From contig NC_068982.1 of assembly GCF_001194135.2 (NCBI RefSeq), positions 131,239,951-131,303,950 on the forward strand: 64,000 nt of DNA, read 5' to 3'. The position numbers and the translations under genes were made by a program. Positions within the stretch are counted from its first letter, which is position 1. Each line of letters opens with the position of its first letter. Origin of the DNA: Octopus bimaculoides (Eukaryota). Below are positions 10,549 through 22,827 of this stretch, one piece after another. The notes beneath the pieces were generated by a model. It searched no databases and was not told the DNA's origin. It saw nothing but the letters and a program-made list of their open reading frames with translations.

Positions 10549-12409
10549 TGTATAGAAAACGTTTAACTGCATATAATTTAAAATGCAAGACTTTAACATA
10601 TATAAATTAAATTTGTTCACCATTTTCAGATGTGGAAATCCCTGAAGAACAATCAACATAAGGTCACTATATAAATTTGTTTCTCTTTAAAAGAAAGAAT
10701 GTTTTTCTCTTGATGTCTTTTGATTAGTTGCAAGACAAATTCATTTTAATAAATTCTTTTTTAAATTGAAAATGATGAATGGTAAAGTTAGAAGTATTTG
10801 TATTCAGAAACTATGTCACACTACTGACACAGTTCCATTTTATTCCAATTGTACTTTTGGAAATTCCTTAATAAACCTAAAACTATTTTCACTTCTCTAT
10901 TAGTTTATCAGCTACATAGTTAATTTATTAAAACAGAAATTGATTGGATTGACTTAATCCAGTTACCAACAGACATGTATTTTGTATCCATTCACTGCAT
11001 TCAACCCTTTTCTCTATTAATCACTTCAATATGTTTCACTGCGAGTAATTGATTTAATTCTTTTATATAAACACTCTCATACATATTTGAAACCATTCAA
11101 TGGTTTCTGAACTTCAGTCAATTGCTGCTATTAGATTATGCCTCTTTTATTTTTTCCCAGTTGTTATTAAACTATTTTATTACATTCTATCTGTGCATAA
11201 ACTAGTGGTGTAGTAAATTTGCTAGTTATGAAACAAAATGACTGTTTCACTATAAATTAGCTGTCAAAAGTGCAACATTTTTCTAGACAATCCTATTCAC
11301 AGAAACAGGTTTCAATCTATTGGTGTTAATGTTTCACTAATGGTTACCATGAAATAAACCCAAGATCTTCCACAATATCATATTCAAACAGAAACTCTAA
11401 GAATGACAACTAATACAACCTTATTGACTCTTTTGTTACCATATTTCCATTGAAATACACTGCCTATGATTCAATAAACTTTTGATACAACTAAGAAGTT
11501 AGTAAAATAACTTTGTCATTATTAAGCTAGAGTTCAGATCTTCAATTAGCATGAAATTTTGATGGAAGATTTTAATTCAGATCACTTTAAACAAAAATTT
11601 CTATCATAGAGCCAGAATCAGTCTTAGGCAAGTTGTATCTAAAAGGTCAGTTATATTTGATAAGCTGTACAAGCAAGTTCACTGAATCAAAACTACTAGA
11701 GTTATGCAAATTAGAAACAATATGCACATTCACAAAGCAGCACTGAATCTATCTTCAATGTGAAACATCCTTAATATAGCTAGGACTACATCCCAATGAC
11801 TGTCCCTTCTATATAAGGGCAGAAGATAATTATTGATATTCTACAAAGACGAACTGAGGGCTCCCAATGGTGTATTACTTTCACATCTGGGATGATACTA
11901 CTGCTGTACATACAGACAGACATCCTCGACTACATCTAGAAAAAGGCTATCCATCATAGATGGCATAAAATCACTCACAAAGATATTCCAGTCACCGGCG
12001 ATGGGCATGCTGTCTCCTCTCTGCTTTTTCTACTGTTACTATAGGAGCCTCTTCCCCCTTGGAGCTAGCTAGGCTTATATCACCTCCACTCAAATACTCC
12101 TGATCCACTTATCTATCCTCCTCTCAACACCTTTGTTATCCAAGCAATCTAGGTGCCACACAAATTATTCCCTTCCTTCTCATATCTTTTCCATAAGTGT
12201 TGATTTACAAAAGTTTAAGAACATTAATGGCATCAATCTCACTCATCTAGGAGGATCTTCAAAGGCCAAAGGCTCACTCCCTTCCTGTTGGACCCAGCAA
12301 CTAAACACATTTCAAGTAATGAAGTAGTTTTATGAGAAAGGAAAGATAACTAGAAAAGGGTTAATTTCATGATTCAAAAACAGACTTTAAGTGACTGTTT
12401 CAAATATCA

Positions 12410-12705
12410 TCATATCATCCAGAAAATCAGATGTGGTTATACACTGCTCATCACAATGTTCTTCCTTGCATTGTTGTAGCCTTCAAATGATGCCACTCTG
12501 CTGCTTAGGTGGGGTAGACCAACATTCTCCACTGAACGGGATACCAGTCAGTTGTGGAGTTATCTATTTACAACTGAGTGAACTGGAGCAACGTAAAATA
12601 AAGCACTTTGCTAAAGAACACAATATATCATCAGTCTAGGAATTGAAACCACAATCTTATGATAGCAAGTGCAACACCCTAACCACTAGGCCATGTGTCT
12701 TCACA
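12410..12705 (-). mobile_element. Degenerate tRNA-headed CORE-like SINE
   Basis: Minus-strand head GGCCTAGTGGTTAGGG...GGTTTCAATTCC followed by a CORE-like TTGCTCCAGTTCACTCAG block; related to 21290-21560, 28510-28770, 34250-34560 and 41160-41465. Confidence 0.65.
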
Positions 12706-12766
12706 TTTCAAATAAAATTAATCAATAAATGAATCCTCAACTAAAACTCCAAACGGAAATTTTAAA

Positions 12767-13037
12767 TTATTTACAATGGACGGGTAGGTGTCCTCACCTT
12801 GTTTGATGTTATCACAACGTTTCCGTTGATGTACTCTCCAGTGTTCTGGTGGAATTTTGATCCCAACCTTCTATCTGACTAACGGATTACACTGTTCTCA
12901 TTCCTAAGGTATGTTGCTGATGACAGCTGATCAGAACGCCTGATGAAGGCTAAAATGTTGTGATAACAACAAACAAGGTGAGCACACCTACCCATCCATT
13001 GTAAATAATGTACATAATTCCTCATCTAAAAAATACA
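12767..13037. mobile_element. Fold-back Penelope-tail element with decayed hammerhead remnants
   Basis: ~56-bp terminal inverted repeats (12767-12823 and ~12953-13007), 11-bp flanking direct repeat GAAATTTTAAA (12756-12766 and 13038-13048); shares ATACCTTAGGAATGAGAA, CTGATGAAGGCT and TGTAAATAAT...TCCTCATCT blocks with 9448-10094. Confidence 0.8.
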
Positions 13038-15395
13038 GAAATTTTAAAATTTCCAAAAGCAAAACAGTAAAAAATGCTCTGAATAAGACAAATAAATTTG
13101 AGGTGTATTTGGAGTTATCCAACTGAAAATATCTACTATAAGTAAAAAAGAAATGGTTAATTCTAAAACTTTCTTTAACAACAAATCTAACATATTAAAA
13201 GTAGGTATATTAATATCAAAATATGGAATGTAAATTTTTGTATACATTTATAATTCCACTGTTTAAGAGTGATATATTACAAAAGTTTACAAACAAAAAA
13301 TAAACTCGATATAAATCTAGTTGAATTAGAATGTCATTTACTACTTTTAAATGATAGCAAAATAATTTATGAATGAAAGAAAAATAACAGACAAATCTGG
13401 GGAAAACATGAATATCATGACTTCTAATTTCTTTTCCTTAGAATGCTGAAGCTTCATACACATATAAGAAATCATTTATGCATTCCAGAAAGGTGAAAAC
13501 TGAGGGCAATAAAGCAATAACACTAATCTCATGGGTCATTCCATCACCTGCTTTTTAATCTAATTCAACAAAAGGTTTGACAAGCTTTCTCTTCTTATTT
13601 TATCTTGTTTAAGTTGTTGCATTTAAAAGGCTAAGAGTAATTAACTCACTAAGTTCTAAACAGCAGACATTAGTGCATGCAAGTCAACAACAGATGGCCT
13701 CCAAGAAGACAAAAGAATCTTTTTAAATACTTTTAAAGCAGCTGAGATGTAATATGACAATGGTAGAAAAAAAAAATATCAAGGGAGACAATCAAAGAAC
13801 ACAAGACTAATTGATCAAAATTATGTAACTAATATAATTCATATAAAATGTTTAGAAACAAAATAGACAAAATGTAAATGCAGATATTATTCTGAGTTCA
13901 TTTTATTGGGGCAATAGTTGAAGGCATGCCAATTTAAACATGAAAGTTCTGATTAATTGGGTGGTTATGAGCTTCAATACTGCAAGATATTAACAAAGTT
14001 TCTCTAAAATTAAAAGATAGTTTGCTTCATTTTGACTCATTGAGAAAAAAATAAAAGCACCATGTTTATTTAGGAAAGATATCTGACCAAGAGATACTGG
14101 ATGTCAAGAGTTTGTACAAGGGTCTAAATTGATCTATAATGAAACCAAATACAAAGTAAAAACCCCTTTGTGTATTGTTTTAAGCTATTAGAATATTAAA
14201 TGTACAGGACAAAATTCATAATAGCATTTTCTCATTCGTTTTGATGAAAGAAGATCAGTAAAACTGAAGATTATCTTATTAAATGATATAGCTGAATTGC
14301 AGAAGATTGCATATAATTTCATGTCAAATGCTAACAGTGTATGGATATAATTTTTTGAAAACTTTCAGCAAATCAGCTCTGTTACTGCCATCATGGTTTT
14401 TCAAATACAGTCATATAAGGTTAGATATAGGGCAACAGTAAAGATAAGTGATGAATAAACAAATCTAAAAAAGTGGAAGAAAAAGTTTATTCAGAAGAAA
14501 TTAAGCAAATAGGCCACTGAGGTGTTTAAGTCTTTATTCTTGTATGCTTTTTTGTTTTATTGATTTTGTTGTTGAATTTTGAGCTAGGCTTTGGTTAATC
14601 TGAGAAAAACGAAACACAAAAACACGAGAAAAGCTGCCTTTTCATGCAAAGAGTAGGCCAACATACTCGAAGCCCCTGTTCGATAGCTCTTATTATGCAA
14701 ATTTCTTGAGAACAATACTTTGTAAATCCACCTTATTGTCATATGCATAATAGACAAAGATTTCCAGACCTTATGATGCTGAGCAGGTGGGTCCTAATGC
14801 ATTTTGAGGAGGGAGAAAATTGGCTACAGGAGCAAAATTGAGAAACAATACATGAATACTGCTACAACAAAATCTGCTCAACTTTTCACATTGTTGCTGA
14901 ATTGAAATAAAACACTTTATTTAACAATTACACAATATTTTTTACACCATCTGCCTTCCATAACTTGTACTAAGAACAAGTGGCAATCCACAAAGAAGCC
15001 ATTCTGGTGAAGAAGTTTGAAACAACAGCAGCTATCTGTTTCTTCACCTAGTGACTAAGAAAATTAAGCTGTCTGCTGAAAAAGAAGTTATATTTCATAA
15101 TTTATACTAAATGAAAAACAACTTTTAACCAACACCAAATTATTAAATAAAAATATTACCTAAAATTATTTCACCAAAATAAAGCTAATTTTCAAATTAA
15201 ACAGAATGGAAGATTTAACACATTGATAAAAAGGAAAGTAAATGAAGACAAATATCAGACTAAGAATTCAAAATGGAAAGTAATTGCTTGTGCAACAAAT
15301 AAAAGAAATTAACATACAAAGATGCTTTCATGGAATTTAAGACAAAAGGAAAGATATAGCCTTGTTTCATCTCTCAATTTAAGCAATCTTTGTAG

Positions 15396-15454
15396 AGATA
15401 TATATTACATGGAGAAATGGAGATTCAATAAATTTAACCAAGAAATTCAAACTG
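15396..15454 (+). other. Weak candidate exon
   Basis: CTTTGTAG| acceptor and strong CTG|GTAAGT donor; two open frames (DIYYMEKWRFNKFNQEIQT or IYITWRNGDSINLTKKFKL); no recognisable protein. Confidence 0.2.
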
Positions 15455-17554
15455 GTAAGTAAAGCTTATTTTGCTATATTTGTATAAAATGTATAATTTC
15501 TTAAGTGTACATGAATATGTCAGATTTGCATAACATCAACATAGTATAATTATTAAATTTTAAATTGTTTTTTTAAAAAATGACAAGGTTAATGCAGAAT
15601 GAGCATTATAAGTTCTGTAAGTTTCCAGTGCATGTGGTTCTTCAGTTTCATAAAGAGACCTAGAATATTTCAAAATATTAATAGTGTTTCTAAGTTATTA
15701 ACTAATAATAGAGACACATGGATGAAAGACTACACACTACTTATGAGAACTGCTGGATAAAATAGGATAACAACAATACATCAGCAAAGCATTTCTTTGC
15801 AATACTAAATGCAACACCACAGTAGCTCATTCACAGCAAAGCTGTTGTTGTGTCTGGAGACAAACCTAGTAACTAAATGAATAGTTTCATTTACACAGTT
15901 ACCTATAAAAACCCCACAATCCCATTAACATAAGCTGTCTATAGATACAAAGCTTCTTAATTATTCATAAGGTAGGTAGAAAATGAATGCAGTAACCAAT
16001 GGCTCATAGGATAAATCAAGAAGAAAGCCATGGAAATCACATGTTTGCCAATACTGAATATAAACGCCAAAACTAAACAAAAACAACCTCTGGCAGATGG
16101 TATCATCTGTTGTTTGTGGTAAGGATCAAACCTTTTCACAAGCTATGACTTTTCTTTCGAATATTGTAATAAAAAAAATAAAATAAAAAGAAAGCCCCTA
16201 CTCTTTGTGCTAATTTGATTTTAATTGACAATGAAAAGGAGTGGATTATCAGGTGTAATAAAGATGTGTTTTACCTATTAACCCCCTCTCCTAGGGTGTC
16301 AGCTGGGTTCCACAGCTGATAGAATGGCTCATTGTCTGCTGTGGGTGTTAAGACAAAGAGCTTCCAAATGAAAAAATCCAAAACAGGTGTTTGTTTTTTT
16401 CTCTCACCAACAGCATGCAAAAACAACTAAACATGCTTTTCTTTATCATTCATCCAAAGGGTTTTAGAGACAAAAGAAGAACACAATGCTAGAAGATACA
16501 TCATAACCTTATACAAAGTTTCATAACACACATACACAACTATGTATATAGACATATATATATACACGCATATATATGTAGGCACATAAATTTATATACA
16601 TACGTACATAAACACACACACACACACACACATATATATATGTATGCATGTGTATGTGTATACATGTACACACACACACAAAGTCTATTCATCAAATAAT
16701 TCCCTAATAATTAAAGTTAGTATCTGCAATATTTAAGAGTTTGTATATATATCGGTAGTAGGGGGTAACTGAGAGCACACTCACACTCACACATGTATAT
16801 ATGAACATACACACATTTGTATATATGAACACACATATGTATATATAAACACACAATGAGGTGTTTTATGACCATCTGATGGTTATTATTTAAAACAAAC
16901 CAAATGCTGAGTTAAATTGGATAAGCTGAAATAATTTCTCATCTTCATTACCACAGATATATTCCATGTGATATCTCAATGCTTAATATGCATTAGGAAA
17001 TGTCATGTATGTGTGTGTCTGTGTGTGTATTTATACTGAGATGCTAACTAGTATATAAAGATGAAAGAGGAGTTCCAGAAGATTGCAATTCTGGGAAATA
17101 GTGTTTGGAAAATGAAACAGTACTGATGATGAGAGGGGGAAATATTGGTGCGTTAGAGGGATCTTGGTGGGTGTGGAAGGTAGTGCAATAGCTTAAAAGA
17201 ACATAAAACATGGTATGGCAGTAGGAGAGACAATGGAGGGAAAGAGCGCATTTGTGTTCTAGTGGTCGTAACCAATAGAAATTAGTGAAAGTTTTGTCAA
17301 TTAAGCAGATGTGCTCTAAAATGCTTCACTGTGTAGCAGCAGCAAGGTTCCAAATATTTGATCAGTGCTTCATTATGAACTGTCCTTGTACTTTGTAGAT
17401 GGTCTGTAATTATTCATAGAAGTTGCAGCTTCTAGAGATGGTCTAGATTTTGAAATGGATGTTTTGCTACATTATAGTGGTTGTGAACTGCAAAATTTCA
17501 GCTGTATGTTGTTCATAAATAGGGAAGAGTAGCATTGCAATACAGTTTCTTTGA

Positions 17555-18357
17555 TACAAGATGGTTGGACTAAATTTGACAGTTTGCATCAAAGGAAAAG
17601 AAAACACAATATCCCATCCAAAAATAAAAGTACTTTTAAAAAATCAAAAAATATCAACTAGATTATGGCTGGGAGATAAGTTTATTCGAAATAGTCATCT
17701 TCCGCTTCCAAAACTCCAGAACCTGGTGCATACATTCCTCATTATGTCCTTGGGAAGATCTTCAAATACCGCCTTGATCTTGCCCACTAGCTTGGCCTTG
17801 GTGTTGCAGGCAGAGTGGTTGATGTCTTTCTCAACTGTATCTCAGACCTAATAATCCATAGGATTACAATTGGGGGAATTAAGTGGCCAGAAATTGGGGC
17901 TGGTGAAGTCATAAAAATTCTCAGACAACCATGTCTGACTCTTTTCAGAGATATGGCAAGTAGCCAAATCTTGCTGCCACACATGACCTTCCAGCAGCAA
18001 GCCTCTCCATCCAAGATTGACCATAGTCTCCAGCAGCTTCACACAGTTTTCTGAATTGAGTCTAAGGCCCTGTTCAAAGATGTGAGGATGAATTCCAGTG
18101 TGCAGGTGCAGTCAGAATGCCCACTGTATCCCTTCCTGCTGGCCACAGATTCACAGTCATGATGTCAGCATTTTGATACCCAAGTAACTATTTTCCAATA
18201 TTTGAAAAGCTTCCAGTCCTTCATGTCAGCTAAATTTTTCTCAACCACACCTTTAATCTTTCTGCTTTCCAACACTGTTGACTACCAACACATCAAACTG
18301 TTTCTGAAAAAAAAGGAGACATAAAAAAATCATCAAATTTAGCTCAAACACCCTGTA
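17555..18357 (-). mobile_element. Internally deleted Tc1/mariner DD37D (maT-type) transposon
   Basis: Minus-strand WQQDLATCHISEKSQTWLSENFYDFTSPNFWPLNSPNCNPMDY has 37 residues between the two Asp; decayed TIRs TACAAGATGGTTGGACTAAATTTGAC (17555) and reverse complement TACAGGGTGTTTGAGCTAAATTTGAT (ends 18357). Confidence 0.85.
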
Positions 18358-18699
18358 TCTGTAATGACTGATCGTTGGTACCATTGAAGGAGACAAAATA
18401 ATCATGCCCTCTATAGAGAATCCTTCAAAGTTCCTGTTCATTAGAGCAGTGCAAGTCTGGCACAAGGTTCGTAGGTAATGTCTGGATAATATACAAGCAC
18501 AGAGAATTAAGTAAGAGACAAAAATTGAATCATCCGTAGAGAAATATGATTGGCTATAAGTAACAAGAAGTATGTTGTGGTAGGGAAGATTGATGAATGC
18601 ACAGATGAGTCAACAGAATATGAATCAAGTAGAGCCTCTATCAACACAACAGGGAACTGTGACAAAAAATTACGGATACACATGATAATAGATCAGCGG

Positions 18700-20340
18700 C
18701 AGTGATAGGTAAGCAACTTTATTTAGAAGTTTTCATTTAGAAACAATCAATGATTCTCCTAATGTTGTCTATCCCCAAACCATCCTTGCTTGATGAAAGA
18801 ACTGATAGAACTGACAATGTATGGCCCGGAATTAACTAAAGATAAACTCCGCACAGATGGCACTCAAACCCTACCCAGCCTAAATCACTTGAAAAACAGA
18901 TACTCCTGCAGGACAAGCCTAAAAGCCTCTCTATGCAAGACATAGATATGAAACTCAATAAATTCATGACAATAATGCGACCATATGCATTAAATATGTT
19001 CCAGAGAAGAGAGCCAATACACACAAAAACATTATTCTCTGAGACAGAAGAATACTCATGCGGCGGAGAATTAAGATCTCGAATCGTTTAAACAAACACC
19101 TTAATGACAGCGTGAAATCCCACCTGACAGAGGAACTCTTCAAGATAGAAAATAAACTCAAAATCTCTCATGAAAAAGACAGAGAAGAAAGAGAAACCAG
19201 GACAGTCGAAAATATAAAAAGAAATCTTAAAGCCTTCAACATGTTGGCAAAGGTATCTGCCTCAGTACGCTATAAGATAGAGCCACTATTTGGTAGAAAT
19301 GGCTCACTAACTGCAGACTCGGGGAAGATAAGTGAAGCACTAAATAAACAATTCCAAAGTGTTTTCACTTCTCCACTGGAAAATATGCAAATAAACAAGC
19401 AGAAGGAGTTTTGAGATGTAACGAAACCTTTCGGAAAAGAGGCAACCATCGATTACATCGACATAACAGAAGAGGATGTAATATTGGCCATTGATGAGAT
19501 CATATCAAATTCAGCAACAAGCCCAGATGGACTCCCGGCTGTTCTCTTAAAGTCATGTAAAAAGGCTCTGGCAAAGCCACTGCAGATACCCTTTCAGAGT
19601 TTTCTTGTGTGTGATAAACTTCCCAACATGCTAATAGAGGGTATAATATGCCCTGTCCATAAAGGAGAAAGCAGAGCAGATGCTAAAAACTACAGGCCCA
19701 TCTCTCTGACCTTGGATGTTAGCCAGACAATGGAACACATTGTCAGCAAAAGGCTGATGTTCCTAGAAGAAAACAACCTTCTCACAAACACGCAACATGG
19801 CTTCCGTCCAGGGAGGAGCTGCCTCATACAGTTGCTGCAGTACTTTGTCTGGGTACTGAAGCAACAGCTAAACCAGTCAGCTGTAGACGTGATATACCTC
19901 GACTTTGCCAAGGCCTTTGACAAGGTTGATCATGGCATGATATGTCACAAGCTGCGAAACCTTAGTATTACTGGGAAACTGGGAGAGTGGTTGCATGATT
20001 TTCTGAAGGACAGGAGTCAGACAGTTGTAGCCAATGGTGCTCACTCTGAAAAGACACCAATTCTCAGCAGAGTCCCACAGGGAACTGTGCTGGGGCCACT
20101 GCTATTTGTGGTGTCCCGCTCAGACATGCCCTCTGTGGTACAGTCAGACAATCTGATTAATTATGCTGATGACACAAATGTATCCAGTGCAGTTAGGAAC
20201 CCAGAGGACATCATAAAACTTCAGAAAGACTTCAACAAAATCTACAAATGGGCTAACAAAAATAACATGCAGTTTAATGCTATGAAATTTCAGGCACTCC
20301 ACTATCGGTCCAACACCAGGCTAAAATTGGAATACACTGT
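18700..20340 (+). mobile_element. CR1/Jockey-group LINE ORF2 fragment (reverse transcriptase)
   Basis: ORFs 19058-19414 and 19484-20416 share a frame and are split by one TGA; motifs SPDG, KNYRPISL, QHGFRPGRSC, YLDFAKAFDKVDH, VPQGTVLGPLLF, YADD, NNMQFNAMKF; cut at the (TA)n tract at 20341-20365. Confidence 0.9.
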
Positions 20341-20574
20341 ATTATATATATATATATATATATATCTTTGTTTCAGTGGTTCCTCAAAAGAATGGATCAC
20401 CCATTCCTGTGAATGACCAGGCAGAAAAGGATAGGAGAGCCAAGGAAGCAGTAACTAGAAGCCCCTATGTGCCAGTGGTCCTACAAAGGAATGGAGACCT
20501 CACCCCATTGGACAACCAGAAGAAAAAAGTTCCCACCACAACAAAAGGAAGGACTGAACACAAACACAAACATA

Positions 20575-21072
20575 AAGTCCACATAATGCATATAAATGAA
20601 GATAGTTGCATCAAGAGGTGCTGATCCCTAATTGTAGAGGGAACATGTGGAAGGGATAGACTCAGGAAGACATGGGACAAAGTGATGACAAAGGATCTAC
20701 AGATGTTGGAATTCACTGAAGGAATGACAAGGGACCGATACTCCTGGTGGTTTGCTGTGCTTGAAAAGTCACATGAAGCTAAGTTAAAGTGTGGTTGTCC
20801 TTGCATACAGGCTCGTCCCCTGTATCCTTCTCCAGCTGATCATTCCTAATCTTGCAGGCATGTAGGTGTCAGTTCCACATAAAAAGTACCCATACTCATG
20901 CCACATAAACACATCCATGCCACTTCTGCATAAAGGCATCTAGTACACTCTGTAAAGTGGTTAGTGTTCAGAAGGGCATCTGGCCATAGAAACCATGCCA
21001 AAATGGATATGAAGCTTCTGTCAAACCATCCAATCCATGCCAACATGGAAAACAGACTTTAAATGATGATGA
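20575..21072 (+). mobile_element. Degenerate RTE LINE 3' end with (ATG)n tail
   Basis: HIMHINEDSCIKRC*SLIVEGTCGRDRLRKTWDKV matches the 48698-49171 ORF end; ends TTTAAATGATGATGAT. Confidence 0.8.
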
Positions 21073-21919
21073 TATTACATAATACTTATTTTTCTGGTAG
21101 CAATTAAAAATTAACTCTGACCTTCTTTTTAAGATGGTTTTTCCCTTGCAGATACTGAGGAGATGAAACTATTTTGACATATTTAAGTTAGGGTATATGA
21201 TGCATATATAAAATGTGCAGAGCTGTTTTTAGCTTGCTAAATACAAGCTTATAAGGTGGTGTATTGATGAATAACTAAAGCAATTAGGCAGAGGTATAAA
21301 TGTTACTTGGGTTACATATGTGTGAATGACTTGGTAACATGTACCCTGCTTTTACTAATTGTTTTAGATACCTATGTAGTTGTGAGCAGATACAGACATC
21401 CTCTCAGCCTTCTCATCTTTGACCAAGCAGAATATGCAGAATGCAATAGCTGGAGGGAGAGGGGGCTGCACCAACACCAAGCTAGTACTCATTGCAACTG
21501 AGTAGACTAGAGCAGCATGAAATAAATGGTCTTGCTCAAAGCAATAATGCACCACTACTTACTGATCATGAGCCAAACACCTAATTGCTTAGGCTATGCA
21601 TCTTCACTGCTGAAAATAGATAATGTACAATGATAAGCTTTGGCTTTTACATGCAGCATTTGTACATATCATAATGTAAAAGCTTCTCATAGCTTGAAGG
21701 AATTGATGAAAGTAGTACCTTAGTTTTATGTAATTAAGAGAATGAGAAATAAATACCAACTCCATACAGAAAACCAATCTATTATAAATAAAATTTCCAG
21801 AGGATCTGGTACCTAAATCATGGAGTAGAATAAACAGAGATATGAAGAGTTAATGACTGTGTCAAAATACCCAGTAGATTTAAGCATAAGCCCTATGCCT
21901 AAGTGTAAGTATTTATTTC

Positions 21920-22125
21920 AAATTTTGGTACAAGGCCAGCATTTTCAGAGGAGGGTGTAAGTCAACTAAATTAACCCCAGTGCTCAATTTGTGCTTATTT
22001 CATCAACCTCAAAAGGATGAAAAACAGCCAACTTCGGCAGGATTTGAACTCAGAACATAAAGACAGGCAAAATGTCACTAAGCATCTAGCTTGGTATGGA
22101 ATTGATTCTGCCAGCTCACCACCCT
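21920..22125 (-). mobile_element. Degenerate Meta-domain-like SINE
   Basis: AAAAGGATGAAA...CTTCGGCAGGATTTGAACTCAGAAC block homologous to 32297-32527. Confidence 0.7.
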
Positions 22126-22788
22126 ATCCTAAGTGTAAGTGTTAATGGAAAGGTATCTATATGCAAACTCATTTAATCAAGCTAACATTAAAAATAAATG
22201 TTAAAATGGAGCAACAACATAACTAGTTGTTGAAGCAGTTATGCTGGCAAAGTTGGTAAGAAACACTTAAATTAGTGTGGTAATACAGGTGTGTTGAGAG
22301 TAGATTGTGGCAATCTGGTAAATGGATATGAAGTAAATCTATGTTAAGTGGAATAAGAGAAGGTTAAGGAATATTTTAAATGATGTAATCATCGTTGAGA
22401 ACATGAATAAGAATAGAACAATGCAAAAGATAGCAGCAATGAGGATGTATCTAAACAGCGGAAATGAATGTAAAATTGAAATTGCAAAGCATAATGCATT
22501 AATGATGATGACAACGGTGGTCGTGGTGATGGTGACAACAATGATGCTAGTAGACATGAGAATGGTAAGAACAGTAGAAAAATGAAAGATATAATTTTAG
22601 TTTTGGTCTTCCAGATTCAAATTCTGCCAATGTCAACTTTTCATGCATTCAGGTTCAATGAAATAATATGCCAATAACATAATGGTGGTGGAGTGGGAAA
22701 TCAGTTCCCAGAACATCTTGCCTGGTACCAAAGCAAGGAATCAATATTAGAGAAACTATCACCACAAATATATATTGTTTACCTAATA

Positions 22789-22790
<2 letters not shown>

Positions 22791-22824
<34 letters not shown>
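22791..22824. repeat. (GA)n microsatellite
   Basis: Read directly. Confidence 0.9.

Positions 22825-22827
<3 letters not shown>

Noticed and set aside
10629-10661. Possible micro-exon after TTTTCAG
   Set aside because: Weak donor (AAG|GTCACT) and too short to assess
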